A DNA stretch of 58,864 bases, the filler included, from Squatina squatina (lineage: Eukaryota): NCBI GenBank assembly GCA_031763465.1. It is 4 parts of 4 records of this genome, joined end to end, with 100 filler letters (N's around TTAATTAATTAA, not from the genome) between each part and the next. Parts side by side here need not be neighbours in the genome. Positions count along the whole stretch, not along the records: positions 17,534 to 30,447 come from JARFOE010000001.1; positions 30,548 to 44,251 come from JARFOE010000115.1; 2 more parts are not named here. One strand, given 5' to 3'. How positions within the stretch are numbered: position 1 is the first letter of the stretch; each line of letters begins with the position of its first letter. Below the pieces are notes generated by a model. That model was not told the DNA's origin, made no database searches, and saw only the letters and a program-made list of their open reading frames with translations. Positions 24,403 to 36,275 of this stretch are shown here, piece after piece. The position numbers were made by a program, and so were the translations under genes.

Positions 24403-24608
24403 CAAAATACTGCTGAGGCTGGAAACTGAAATGAAAACAGAAAATTATGGAAATACTCAGGCAGCATCTGCAGAGAGAGAAACGGAGTTAACGTTTCAGG
24501 CCGATGACCTTTCGTCAGAACTGGAAAAAGTTAAGAAATGTAACAGATTTTAAGCAAATGCAGGGCAGGGGTAGGGGGAGAGGAGGAAAGAATAAAAGGG
24601 AAGATCTG
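24403..24608 (-). mobile_element. Penelope-like element terminal-repeat fragment with hammerhead-like core
   Basis: The reverse complement matches 445-557: TTCCAGTTCTGACGAAAGGTCATCGGCCTGAAACGTTAACTCCGTTTCTCTCTCTGCAGATGCTGCC. Confidence 0.85.
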
Positions 24609-24707
24609 NNNNNNNNNNNNNNNNNNNNNNNNNNNNNNNNNNNNNNNNNNNNNNNNNNNNNNNNNNNNNNNNNNNNNNNNNNNNNNNNNNNNNNNNNNNN
24701 NNNNNNN

Positions 24708-24900
24708 NTGAAAGGCGCTATATAAATGCAAGTCTTTCTTTAAAACAGATCCTTTGGGCAATATCACACTGCTGTTTATGGGACCTTGCTGTTTGCCAAT
24801 TGGCATTGGATTTCCCACATTACAACAGTGATTGCACTTCATTGATGATAAATCACTTTGGATGCCTTGAGGTTGTGAACAATGCTATGTAAATGCTAAA
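24708..24900 (+). mobile_element. Two SacSINE-like SINE 3' tails in tandem
   Basis: GAAAGGCGCTATATAAATGCAAGTCTTTCTTT followed by CACTGCTGTTTATGGGACCTTGCTG...CATTACAACAGTGA...GCTATGTAAATGC; matches the 3' part of the 47551 SINE. Confidence 0.7.
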
Positions 24901-25899
24901 TAAATGTCTTTCTTAATTCTGATGTAATAGTTTGGAAATCAAACATTTAAAATGTTGAGTAAATGAAGCATTAATTCAACCCAATTTCCATTTATAATCA
25001 GCAGTTTATTTTTAAAAAATAAACAAAATGACAGCTTGTTCAATAAAATCTAAGTTGACCACAGCACATAGGGATTTTAAAGCCTTAAATAATGTAAGCT
25101 TCTGCTCTGCATATGTTGTATTTAATAGCTTAGCATCATGAGTCTGTAGCTATCATAATCTTGATGGACTGCATGGGGACTTCCTTTATCTCTGACTGTC
25201 ACCTGATATTAGAAATTCATGTACACCAGAGGACTCAAAGTAACACAAGGGATGCATTCTTTGAAATCTTCTGTTTTATCACTCCAAACCAGACAACGAC
25301 AAATTTGTATTATTGCACCTGAATAAATACTGCACCACATTTCACCCATCTCAGTCAGTACATATGTCTTGCAAGGCATTCTTCTGTACTTTCCCCTGAC
25401 AAAATAACAATATCTAGGCACCCGTGCCATCTGACCGGATATCAAGAAATGCATGTTTTTGATTCCAACCCTGAGAGGCCAGCTGCTGACCACCAGTAGG
25501 TCTGTATACAGCAATCAGCAAGAGGAGAGGGGTAGCCAGTACCCATACTCCTACTCACCATTACAATTTCCAGCATAGTTTCAAGTCTGGAACTTGCCAA
25601 ATTCTCCAAATATTTTAATCGCATTGTAATGCATAATAACAGGTGTACAGTTTAGTTGCCAGCCTTGGGGTCTGGAGTGGGGGAAAGAAACTGTTTGCCA
25701 AAAGAGAAATGTATGTTATTGATACTTTGGGAGAGAAGCTGATCAGAGCATAACTCTGAAAACACAANNNNNNNNNNNNNNNNNNNNNNNNNNNNNNNNN
25801 NNNNNNNNNNNNNNNNNNNNNNNNNNNNNNNNNNNNNNNNNNNNNNNNNNNNNNNNNNNNNNNNNNNCATCTATATACATCTCTATACACCGCTCGCCA

Positions 25900-25967
25900 C
25901 AGCGCCATCTGCCGCACGGGAGGAGTGACAGGGCTGAGACTTCCCGGGACAGCGCCACCAGTGGCCA
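25900..25967 (-). promoter_or_regulatory. Two tandem CTCF-like motifs in a small CpG-rich patch
   Basis: Minus strand GCGGCAGATGGCGCTG (good match) and TGGCCACTGGTGGCGCTG (weaker match) against the CTCF core CCASYAGRKGGCGC, 50 bp apart. Confidence 0.5.
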
Positions 25968-26896
25968 GGAGGAAACAAACATCACAAAATGCAATCTGAA
26001 TGGATTTGATAATTGCCCCTTTCTCGTGGTTCTTACTCCATTAAAAAAATTTGACTGACATTCAATTGAAGCTCTTGGCTTTATTGTTGCAAAATTGACC
26101 CATTATTCAATGTTGTTTTCAGGTTGGAAATTGGGGATTGACTCAAATACAAATCTAAACAACAGGAAAGTGCTGATATAAAGTTCCCTACATAAAAATA
26201 ATAAAGTAGAGGTGGGGAAAGTATTTGCTGCACCGTACTATCTCTCATTTAAAAAACACTGTTGGGACTATCTTACATTCCAGCATTTCATACGTATGGG
26301 ATAAACATGTTGGGAATTACAAGCTGTTTTCCAACCAGGTTTTATATTATTTACAATGATTTTACACTGTTACATTGTTATCCAAGACAAAACACAGTCC
26401 TAGATTTATTCATGTTGTCAACACTACTTTACCTCCTTCGAAGTCCACCCATAAATCAGGAGTACGGGCTGCTTTTACTTTGACCTTACTGCTGTTAACA
26501 TTAACAGATGTGGTGATAGTTGGAAGTTTAGCCCAGGGTTCATGGAAGCTCACAGAAGTGGCATTTATTTCATAATGTGTTCTTGTATTTAAAACTGGCC
26601 CTTTTTCAGTCTCCCTGCCAGTTATTTATGGGTCGAGGCTTACACCCACCATTTCCTTAACTTAGCAGTCGTGTCATATTGCTGGAATGGAATTTAGAAA
26701 TGTTGTGGCAACGCTAAGTACATCATTTTTTATCAGGCACCTGCATGCAGCTAGCTGAGAGGGTCCTTGAACCGCAACCTGTTAGACAGTACCCTGNNNN
26801 NNNNNNNNNNNNNNNNNNNNNNNNNNNNNNNNNNNNNNNNNNNNNNNNNNNNNNNNNNNNNNNNNNNNNNNNNNNNNNNNNNNNNNNNNNNNNNNN

Positions 26897-26978
26897 ACAG
26901 ATGCTGCCTGACCTGCTGAGTTTTTCCAGCATTTTTTGTTTGTATTCTAGATTCCAGCATCTGCAGTATTTCACTTCT
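26897..26978 (+). mobile_element. Penelope-like element terminal fragment
   Basis: ACAGATGCTGCCTGACCTGCTGAGTTTTTCCAGCATTTT...CCAGCATCTGCAGTATTT continues the motif seen at 529-557. Confidence 0.8.
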
Positions 26979-28107
26979 GTTGGCTGAGACATTGCTGGTT
27001 CCATGATCAATTGTAACCGCTAATACTCCTGATTATATATTATAGTTCATGTTGGCTTGGCATCAGACATTCTTGAAATTGTACCAGCTACTCTTCTTTT
27101 CTCAAGTCTTTAATTTTGCAGAAAGTAATTGCCAGTACGGTTATCTTCCAATTTAAAACATTATTAGGTTCCAAGCTTTTTATTTTGAAAGGTCATGCAT
27201 TCTTTAGCAAGGTTTCAGCTTCCTTCTGTTTACTATGTGTACTCTGATTTATCACTATAATTAGTTTGCTGCTAAAAAAATAGTGGTACAAGCCTATTGT
27301 ATATACTTTTAATAAATGAGACGCTGTTTAATAAATCTTGTCAGATCATAATTCCTTTGTTTAGGTGGACCCACAGAAAGCTGTAATTACTATTTATTAC
27401 CAAGATTTATGAACAATGGTAATGGTCTGACATGTAGAACTAAAATGTTTTGATGTACCACCTTATGTTTTATCATTCCTGCCATACATGTTGCTTAAAG
27501 AATAGAACTAGATGGATACATTGCTTTGATTAAATTGAGACTCAAGGTCTGAAGTTTTGTGGGGAGTTCCTCCAGTCTCCTGTCGTAACTTCAGCAGTAG
27601 ACTGGCAGAACCCCTGAGGACTTTTGGTCCCATGATATTGAACCCTTGCTGTGCACCTAAAAGAAGCCTTGTGAGAGTTGTCCACTTAGTGTTGTTGTTA
27701 CCACTTTCCCTCTTTCAGTCAGAAGGCTCTGGGTTCAAGTCTCAATCCAAAAGTTCAACACTTAACTTAGGCTGTTGCTGGAATGTACTACTAAGGGACT
27801 CAATCATTTAATTCTATATGAAGTGCTGAAATATTTTTGAGATGTGATACAAAGATACATAAATTCAAATATCTCTTTCTTATTATGGGTAAACTTCAGT
27901 TATTAAAATAAATCATGGGTCTCCTTAAAGTCTCTTTCCCAGAGAAAACAAGATTACATTATTTAACCTTTCCTCATAACTTAAATTCCTGACACTCAGA
28001 TTCACTTTTTTTGCCCGTCTCTGCACCCTCTCATTTGGGCAATAGGAGACCGCCACCAAAGACCCATGGAATGACCCCTGGCAGTTGTGTCAGTGGTGAA
28101 GGGGATT

Positions 28108-28181
28108 AAAAACAGAAAATGGTGGAAATACTCACTTAGCAGGTTAGGCAGCATTTGTGGAGAGAGAAGCAGAGTTAACGA
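28108..28181 (-). mobile_element. Penelope-like element terminal fragment
   Basis: AAAACAGAAAATGGTGGAAATACTCA..GGCAGCATTTGTGGAGAGAGAAGCAGAGTTAACG matches 24433-24493. Confidence 0.7.
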
Positions 28182-28339
28182 CCAGAATCCTTACCTTGGA
28201 GTCGAGNNNNNNNNNNNNNNNNNNNNNNNNNNNNNNNNNNNNNNNNNNNNNNNNNNNNNNNNNNNNNNNNNNNNNNNNNNNNNNNNNNNNNNNNNNNNNN
28301 NNNNNNTTTGCTTTTTTTGATTGCTGCATAATAGCTGGA

Positions 28340-28940
28340 CATAGAAACATAGAAATATAGAAAATAGGAGCAGGAGTAGACCATTTGGCCCTTCGGGCCT
28401 GCTCCACCATTCAATATGATCCTGGCTGATCCTCTAACTCAGTACCATTTTCCCACTTTCTTCCCATATCCTTTAATGCCTTTAGTATCAAGAAATATAT
28501 CTATCTCCTTCTTGAATATATTTAGTGACTTGGTCTCCACGGCCTTTTGTGGCAGAGAATTCCACAGCTTCACCATTCTCTGAGTGAAGAAATTTCTCCT
28601 CATCTCAGCCTTAAATGGCATACCTCGTATCCTGAGATTGTGACCCCTGGTTCTAGACTCCCCAGCCAAGGGAAACATCCTCCCTGCATCTATTCTGTCT
28701 AGACCTGTCAGAATTTTATAAGTTTCAATGAGGTTCCCTCTCATTCTTCTAAACTCTGGTGAATACAGGCCAAATCTCCCCAATCTCTCCTCAAAAGTCA
28801 GTCCTGCCATCCCAGGAATCAGTCTGGTGAACCTTTGCTGCACTCCCTCTACGGCAAGAACATCCTTCCTCAGGTAAGGAGACCAAAACTGCACACAATA
28901 CTCAAAATGTCGTTTCGCCAAGGCCCTGTATAATTGCAGG
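28340..28940 (-). mobile_element. CR1 LINE 3' portion (ORF2 C-terminus, 3' UTR and ATAGAAAC tail), little diverged
   Basis: Open 160-aa frame HFEYCVQFWSPYLRKDV..VEGVQQRFTRLIPGM..EERL..GLYS..RRMRGNLIETYKIL...RRNFFTQR. Confidence 0.95.
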
Positions 28941-28959
28941 GTATAATAACCAGTCTTGT

Positions 28960-29900
28960 CCCCTTTTTAACTGTGGGTGCTAAATTTCTTTGCTTCCTGT
29001 CCTGTTGCCCCTCTCTACTACCTAAAGATTCTGTCTGACTATAGCTGGTGCCCCATGAATTTCCTCATCCATCTCTTTCACCACCCTAGTACACATGCCA
29101 TTTGGCTTAGGGGACTTCTTAGTTTGCAATCCCTTTACTCTATCAAGTATCCCCTCCACACTGAATTCAAACTCACCAAGAATCATTTGTTGCGTTACAG
29201 TAATTGAATAGCAAATTAGTATTACTCCTCCCCAAGTGAATACATTTAGAAAATAATACTTGAACAACTTTACTCTGTTCCTTTTACATTGAACTATTCA
29301 TCCTCGACAGTTCAAGCTTCTCTCAATACTGAAATCATTATTGTATCTCAACATTCTTTGCGGTGTTTATCTTTAATGCCCTCTTTACAGTAATATTTTT
29401 ATCCTGTTTTACCATTCTCCAATATTTACTCCAAAGTCATTCCCTTCCTGTTCCCTGTAAGCTTCAAGTAGATTGTTTTCTTCTTCCTCCTCATTTCAAA
29501 TTTAAATTCATCCATTTCCAAAGCTGCTTCTTTACCTTGCACCTATTTCCTTTCCATACAGATTTGTCTTGCAGAGTTGTTTCAAGTGTTTTCCATTTTT
29601 CCTCACCAGAATGGCTTCTCCGCAGCACATTCCATCTAATTTATTTTCGCCCATTTCGCATTGAAACCATATAAGCCTCACTGGGGCTGACTGCCAGATG
29701 AGCTCAAGTTTCATCATATTATCATCACTCAGTTCCAGTGGTTCTCCTGTTTCTCTGTTATGAATGGCCTGACAACAGGTCGAAATGCAAGATCCCCCAG
29801 GTAGGTCCACAATGCACTGAGTCACGAAGCAATCTATTTTTGTTCAAATTTTCCTGGAGGTATTTGTTAGTTTTTTTTCCCCCCCTGAACAGGCTAAATA
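28960..29900 (-). mobile_element. Old, highly degenerate CR1 ORF2 segment (endonuclease end to RT linker)
   Basis: TGEPLELSDDNMMKL resembles VGEPLGxSDHNMI and KSPKPNGMCTRVVKEMDEEI resembles KSPGPDGIHPRVLKExxEEI, in the correct order. Confidence 0.65.
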
Positions 29901-30243
29901 TACATATAGAGTTTCTCCAGGATAATCAGCATCCAGACCACTTCAAACAAGCTAAGAAACAATGGGATGTATTTTTAATGCTTTTTATACATATAACACA
30001 ACCTACTAAATACAGTGACCATGAGACTGGTACCGATAATTACTCTCATAAGGACTCATTCTGAAGAGTCCTAACTGCGTAGTTCTAATCTGTTTGCACT
30101 CGTCCCAGGCAGACTAGGTTGAAATCCCACTGAGCTTTGGTGTGTTATATCTTTATAGTGTTAATTATGTTCTACTCTAATGAAAATATGTCATCATGTC
30201 CTGGTCATTTCTAGTTAGTAGGTAATAAGTTCACCCATTAGGT

Positions 30244-30447
30244 CATCATAGAAACTTACAGCACAGAAGGAGACCATTCGACCCATTATGTCTGTGCTGG
30301 CCATAAAAGCACTAGCCAGCTGAATCCCACTTTCCAGCTCTTGGTCTGGAGCCTTGAGGTTACGGCACTTCGAATGCATATCCAAGTACTTTTTAAACAT
30401 GATGAGGGTTTCTGCTTCTACCACCCTTTCAGGCAGTGAATTTCAGA
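30244..30447 (-). mobile_element. CR1 LINE 3' end
   Basis: MVEAETLIMFKKYLDMH followed by the tail CATAGAAACTTACAGCACAGAAGGAGACCATTCGACCC. Confidence 0.8.
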
Positions 30448-30491
30448 NNNNNNNNNNNNNNNNNNNNNNNNNNNNNNNNNNNNNNNNNNNN

Positions 30492-30503
30492 TTAATTAAT
30501 TAA
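30492..30503. other. Artificial scaffold linker TTAATTAATTAA
   Basis: Same 12-mer embedded in an N run. Confidence 0.95.
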
Positions 30504-30605
30504 NNNNNNNNNNNNNNNNNNNNNNNNNNNNNNNNNNNNNNNNNNNNTAAAAAATAATAATTTGATAACAAAGCCTATGTATTTATATACAGAACCTTAC
30601 TTGTT

Positions 30606-30735
30606 GGGCTCAGATTTTCTACCACTGCACCATCATAACCTCACCAGGTATATGGAGGAATCACTGGGGTTTCCAACGCACGTTCGATGATGTTATGGTG
30701 TCGCAGTGGCAAAATGTCAGAGGAAATTCAGGTCC
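30606..30735. mobile_element. Short hairpin MITE
   Basis: Imperfect inverted arms TTTTCTACCACTGCACCATCATAAC / GTTATGGTGTCGCAGTGGCAAAA, with termini GGGCTCAGATTTT and AAATTCAGGTCC. Confidence 0.55.
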
Positions 30736-31593
30736 ATTGCTTATATACCGTAAACCTCATTGTGCTCTTCAAAATTGAACGTCAATGTTTTTAGTGAACT
30801 GTGGACAAAAATAAATCAACGTAGTTTTATGAAATAGATAGTGTGTGATTCTATAGCAGCGAGGGCCGCCGTATGAGAAGCGTGAGTGAGTTAATGCCCT
30901 GTTGTCCTTATAGCACTCACTTTACACTAGGTTCCTTACTGTTGAGAAGCAGTGTTGTGCCAGTTTATAATCTGAGGTCTTTACACAAAGGTGTAAATTT
31001 TGTGTTCATCAACGTGAGGGTAGCTAGTACTGCAAAATTAAATGCTTTTCTACTTTTGGACCTCAAAGTGAGTCTCAACCCCAACCTCAGCCTGTTTTAC
31101 ATACCAGCCATCCTTATGGGTATGCAAATAAGATCGGCAATTTCTTCCAAATTATAGACAGTTTTGAGTTTTAAATCTAAGTTCACTCAGGTTAAATTGA
31201 GACTGCCCTAAGCATAGGACCCTTATCAGAGGAAGAGAACAAGCAACTGTTCTGCACTAAGTCTGGGTTGCATTGGAATTCAAGTTCCAAAGTGAAAGCA
31301 GAGCGTGAGAAGTCTCTGTTCTGTGTGCACGTTAGCCCTCTGAATACTCCAGGGGGTAATTTTCCGATGCACTGATGGTAAGAACTTTGCCTGCCATCGG
31401 TACAGTATGCANNNNNNNNNNNNNNNNNNNNNNNNNNNNNNNNNNNNNNNNNNNNNNNNNNNNNNNNNNNNNNNNNNNNNNNNNNNNNNNNNNNNNNNNN
31501 NNNNNNNNNNNATATAATTCAAAAATGCCTTTTCTATTTTATAGGAATGTTGGAGTTCAGTCTATTTGGAATTTCCTATGTAAGTCTATTTAA

Positions 31594-31821
<228 letters not shown>

Positions 31822-31873
31822 TGAGTCACTATGGTAAAGCAGTAGTAAATACAAAGTAGAAAGAGAAGACCTA

Positions 31874-32291
31874 TAGGGGAGAAACTGCACAGCGCCCTGC
31901 TTGGGTGCGATAACTTTTGCAGTAGCACTGAAGTATCGCCAGGCCCTATGTGAGTGACTCAGATGCAAACTTCCGGTTTAGCGCCCCAGGAAGTAAGTGG
32001 AGCGCTAAATCAAGCATTACCACTTCCCTTGGAGCGCTAAAGCAGGCAAGAGGGGCGGTAGTGGTGCAGCACTGCCCAATGTCGAGGGTGAGCGGCGCTG
32101 CCGGGAATGGAGGCTCCTTCCCTCCCTTAAAGGGAAGGGCCATTACTGCAGGCTCTGCATTTCAACAATGTCCCTCATCACCAACAGCAGCCACGACCCG
32201 CGATGATCAGCCCCGTGCAAGGCTGATCAATCACAGCGCATAAAAATGTTCAAAACACAACCTAAGATGTCAAAAAAAACATTTTTTCTGG
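31874..32291. mobile_element. GC-rich DNA-transposon end (Harbinger-like subterminal region)
   Basis: Begins GGGGAGAAACT and is rich in GCGCT/GCGCC motifs; a similar GC-rich end finishes ...AATTTTGCCCC at about 34117. Confidence 0.5.
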
Positions 32292-33472
32292 NNNNNNNNN
32301 NNNNNNNNNNNNNNNNNNNNNNNNNNNNNNNNNNNNNNNNNNNNNNNNNNNNNNNNNNNNNNNNNNNNNNNNNNNNNNNNNNNNNNNNNNNCACAAATAT
32401 TTTCCCCGAAACATGATGGAATGATGGAGCCTATTCTCGAGTGGCCTCCAGCAGCCCTTTCATGAACCATTAGTAGTGCCGCTCATCACCTACTACAAAT
32501 TGGTGGAGCATGAGTGGAGCACACTGCCTATTTATACCTGAAAGTTGCAACGGTGGTCCTGATTTGCATATACAGAAAGCACATTCCCACTCAAAATAGG
32601 CAGGCGTTCTACTTGCCCATTTACAGGCCTATCTGAAAATTACATTAGGCGGGCCTCGGATGTCTATGGGGTGGTCGAAGTGTCCCCTCGATTTTCAACT
32701 GCTGGCTGCTTGTTTTTCAGGCAAGAAATGGGTGGCCGGCAGTCGAAAGTCACCCCCATAATGTCAGTTTAAACATTAGTGTGAGATGAAGCACACACTA
32801 TTCAGTATATAATCAAAGCCTGTGAGACATTTATGCAATAGAGTAGGAAGGAATCTTAAGTTGCACAGTGGCTGACTGCTGTGGCTCTCACTGGTACCAG
32901 TGGGTGTGAGCTGTCATGGTTGAGTTGCCTCCACAGAAGGCTGAGATTGTTTCAATTGTGGCAGGTTGTCAGGAATTGCCATTCAGTGATGCGCAGGTAG
33001 ATTCCATTCCAATCATTTTTTGCCCTGACTGAGGAGATATTCTAGTATGACTGGAGCTGAAAAAATTAAGTGAATTGCATGGATCCCCCGGACAGTTTGA
33101 GAGGTTCTGGAGAGTACACCAAATCCTATTTGATTGAAAAAGCTTGATTTGTCAATACAGTGGATCACTGAACATCCCGAATATCAGCACATCACTGACA
33201 GGTTTGACATCTGCTCACATCTTTTGATCTCATCCTATCTAATGCTGTCTGTCAAAAACATTAGAAATCATTCTCCTGTAGTCAAAGCAGCCTCCCAGAC
33301 AAATAAAATATTGGCCTACCAACCAAGGCATTAATGCAATCAGAAATCCTAGTTGCAACAGTGCTGAGGGCANNNNNNNNNNNNNNNNNNNNNNNNNNNN
33401 NNNNNNNNNNNNNNNNNNNNNNNNNNNNNNNNNNNNNNNNNNNNNNNNNNNNNNNNNNNNNNNNNNNNNNNN

Positions 33473-34118
33473 GCCTGTGTCTATCTGCTGGTCCCTCTGT
33501 AGCCTCGGGTTCCTGCATGTGGTTTTCAGGGGCTGCCTCAAAGACTCCTCTCCTTTGGGCATCTCTCTGCTGCACCCTTTGCCGATCTATAAGCATCTAC
33601 CTTCTCCTTCTAATGAGGTAACTGCTAAGATGGAGAAGCAGGAGACAGTGGACTGCCAGGACTGCACTCATTTAAATTACTGGAAACTGGCCTTGAATAG
33701 AACAGAGTCAATTTACACAAATTTCCCCTTGCTCCTAACCTCCACAATTCTCTGCTGGTTCAACATGGGCCACAGAGCATAAACACCCGTCTCTTCGCTG
33801 CCGTTTCAATGCACAATGGCTTTATCGGATTTATTGTAATAGCGACGGGTCAGGGGCCGCCTCGACAATGACAACTTTTCCTGTCGCTGCTAACCCCAGG
33901 CGGCCCCTGTGATTTTTCCAATGAATTTACTGCCGAGTCGCTAATGGTGTAGCATGCATGATCACCGTGCGCCACCGAAATCATCACCTCTGCAAAATTG
34001 GGCCTGAATGTCGCGCTAGGTGGGACTAGCACCGAAAATGCAAAAAAAAACCTTAGCACCCCAGGAGCGCCTCCAATGGATGAAAACGGGGCACTAAGAA
34101 CCTATGAATTTTGCCCCC
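33473..34118. mobile_element. GC-rich DNA-transposon end with possible transposase 5' remnant
   Basis: Terminal AATTTTGCCCC and CpG-rich subterminal motifs; the R/Q-rich minus-strand frame is not diagnostic. Confidence 0.4.
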
Positions 34119-34819
34119 TTGATGTTTTTGGGAATTACTTAATATGGATTGAGAAGTGCTTGTAGTAAAAATTTGGAGTTCATACAAAAAAGATCCAATT
34201 CTTAAATAACACATAGAAAATCTTCATTAAAATGTAGTGTTATCAAATATTTCATGAAGCGATCTTTCTGTGCTTCTGTCAGATTTAGAGTTTTGAAAAA
34301 TATGGTATTCCTTTATACCAGGCATCAACAAGTTTTCTAGAATTGTTTGACTTCCTAAAGGTAAGGTTATATGGCAAATCATTATAAACTGGACTTGCTA
34401 CATCTGTACAAATGTGTGGAAATTGTCCATTGTTGAATAGTTTTTTTTAATTATTTGGTAATTGTTGGCCCCAATAATGCAAGGGAAACCAACCAGCATC
34501 TACTGAGTTGCATGCTTCTCTTGTGGCTAAAGTGTGTCTCTTTTCACTATTCACCATTCCCCACTGTCCAACCCTCTGTGAGTTTATACTGAATCACACA
34601 AAGGGTGCAATCAGCTACAATAAAATAGGTCACCTTCGTTCCATGAACAACGGAGAGAGAGAGGAATGAGAGAGGGAGAAAGAAAGAGAGAGAGGAAGAT
34701 GTTTTAGTTTATTTTGATCTTTTAGTACGTTTAAAGTACTTGCAGTGTTGGCTTTCTTTCTAACTTATTGTTCTTTTTTGAAATGCACAGTAAATTCAGT
34801 CTTTGATTTCACATGAATT

Positions 34820-35450
34820 ATTCATGTTGTTGTTTCGTATGACAGGAAAATGGGAGGTCTAGTTTGGCTATCCATTCAATGGCCTCCTGAGCTGCCGAGT
34901 GGAGAAATGAGTTGCCTCCCACAACAGATCTTAGTGGACAGGTTGATTAGATGTGATCCATGGTCTGGGACTAATGGCCACAGTCGCAATTTGGGTTGTC
35001 CTACATCTTCCACTTGTGGAGTAGATGACCGCATCGTCCATGCCCTGTGCGATTTGGTTGAGTACTCTCCACTGTCTATGAGGGAGGTTGAAGCCAGAGA
35101 CCTCTGCTGTTGGGTTAGTGATGAGATGTTGGTTCTTTTTGTTGCATGCGTTCCACACTTCCGTCCATCTGGAAAGCAGCTGCATGAATATTGGCTGCTG
35201 TTTTCCAGAATGGCCAGTGTGATTTAAGCGCTTTCGTGGTGAGTTTTTCAAGCCTCCGTGAATGGGAAGGTCAATGTTGCTCATGATTTTTTCGATCTCA
35301 TGGAGTACTGTGGCATCACTGCGAATGTCAGGCGGAGCAATGTGGGACAGCACTGGGAGTCATTCAGTTGGAGTGCAGTGGTCCCTGATACCGTTCCATT
35401 ATTTATGGAAACAACATACTGTTTTGCTAGTACTGGTGGGGAGGTTTTAA
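34820..35450 (-). mobile_element. Vingi/Ingi-clade non-LTR retrotransposon 3' fragment
   Basis: LSHIAPPDIR...LPIH..L..PRKRL...W..W...ITNP..VSGFNLPHRQWRVLN followed, after a frameshift, by CDC..QTMDHI: the C-terminal zinc-finger pattern of Vingi/Ingi. Ends in a CATACGAAACAACAA-type tail. Confidence 0.7.
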
Positions 35451-35559
35451 GCTAATTTGGCAGGAGGAGGGAACCAGAAAATAGCAGAAATGAGATCAGA
35501 GGACAGAGAACTATAAACAGCAGTAAAATTAGAAATATCCCAAAATTTGCAGGGACCAG

Positions 35560-36275
35560 ATTGAGGAAAATAGCAAAAGTGAATAAGGCGGTAGTAAACT
35601 GTATATACGTCAATGTCCGTAGTGTAACTAATAAGGTGGGTGAGCTGTAGGCACAAATTTCTACATGGGATTACGTAGTTGTATTAACAGAGACATGGCT
35701 CAAACAAGGCCAGGAATGGGTTCTTAATATTCCTGGTTACCAAGTATTCAGGAATGATAGAGAAGGAAAAAAGGAGGTGGCGTGGCATTGTTGATTAAGG
35801 ATGATGTTACAGTTCTAAATACAGTAAAAAGGATATATTAGATGGTGCCAGCACTGAATTGGTTTGGCTTCAGTTGAGGAAGAGGGGGAGCTGGTACATT
35901 GTTGGGAGTTTTAAAAAGAATAGCTCCAAACAGTGAGGAGGAGAAAAATGGGCAAATTTGTCAGCAAATTCAAAGGGGTGAAACAAAAATAGAGCAGTAA
36001 TATGAGAAGTCATTAATTACCCTAATATAGACTGTGAAAAACATAGTGCTTAGGGTAGGGGAAGGCAAGAAAAGGAATTTCTGATACAGGAGAACTTTCT
36101 CGATCAATATGTCTCCAGTCCAACAAGGAAGGACGCATTGTTGGATCGGTTTCTGGGAAATGAAATAGGGCAAGTTACAGTATTTCACCATCTAGCTAAT
36201 AGTGCCCACAACGTACATCGGTTTAAAATAATTATAGAAAGGGACCAGAAAATATCAAACACAAAAATGCTCAAC
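35560..36275 (+). mobile_element. Degenerate CR1 LINE endonuclease region
   Basis: NKVGEL...VLTETWLKQGQEWVLNIPGYQVFRNDREGKK.GGVALLIKDD...PTRKDALLDRFLGNE with frameshifts. Confidence 0.85.

Noticed and set aside
26432-26625. Minus-strand open stretch ending DLWVDFEG|GTAAAG
   Set aside because: No convincing splice acceptor and no recognised homology.
34282-34360. Acceptor/donor pair TCTGTCAG...AAAG|GTAAGG
   Set aside because: Stops in all three frames; at most a non-coding exon, unsupported.
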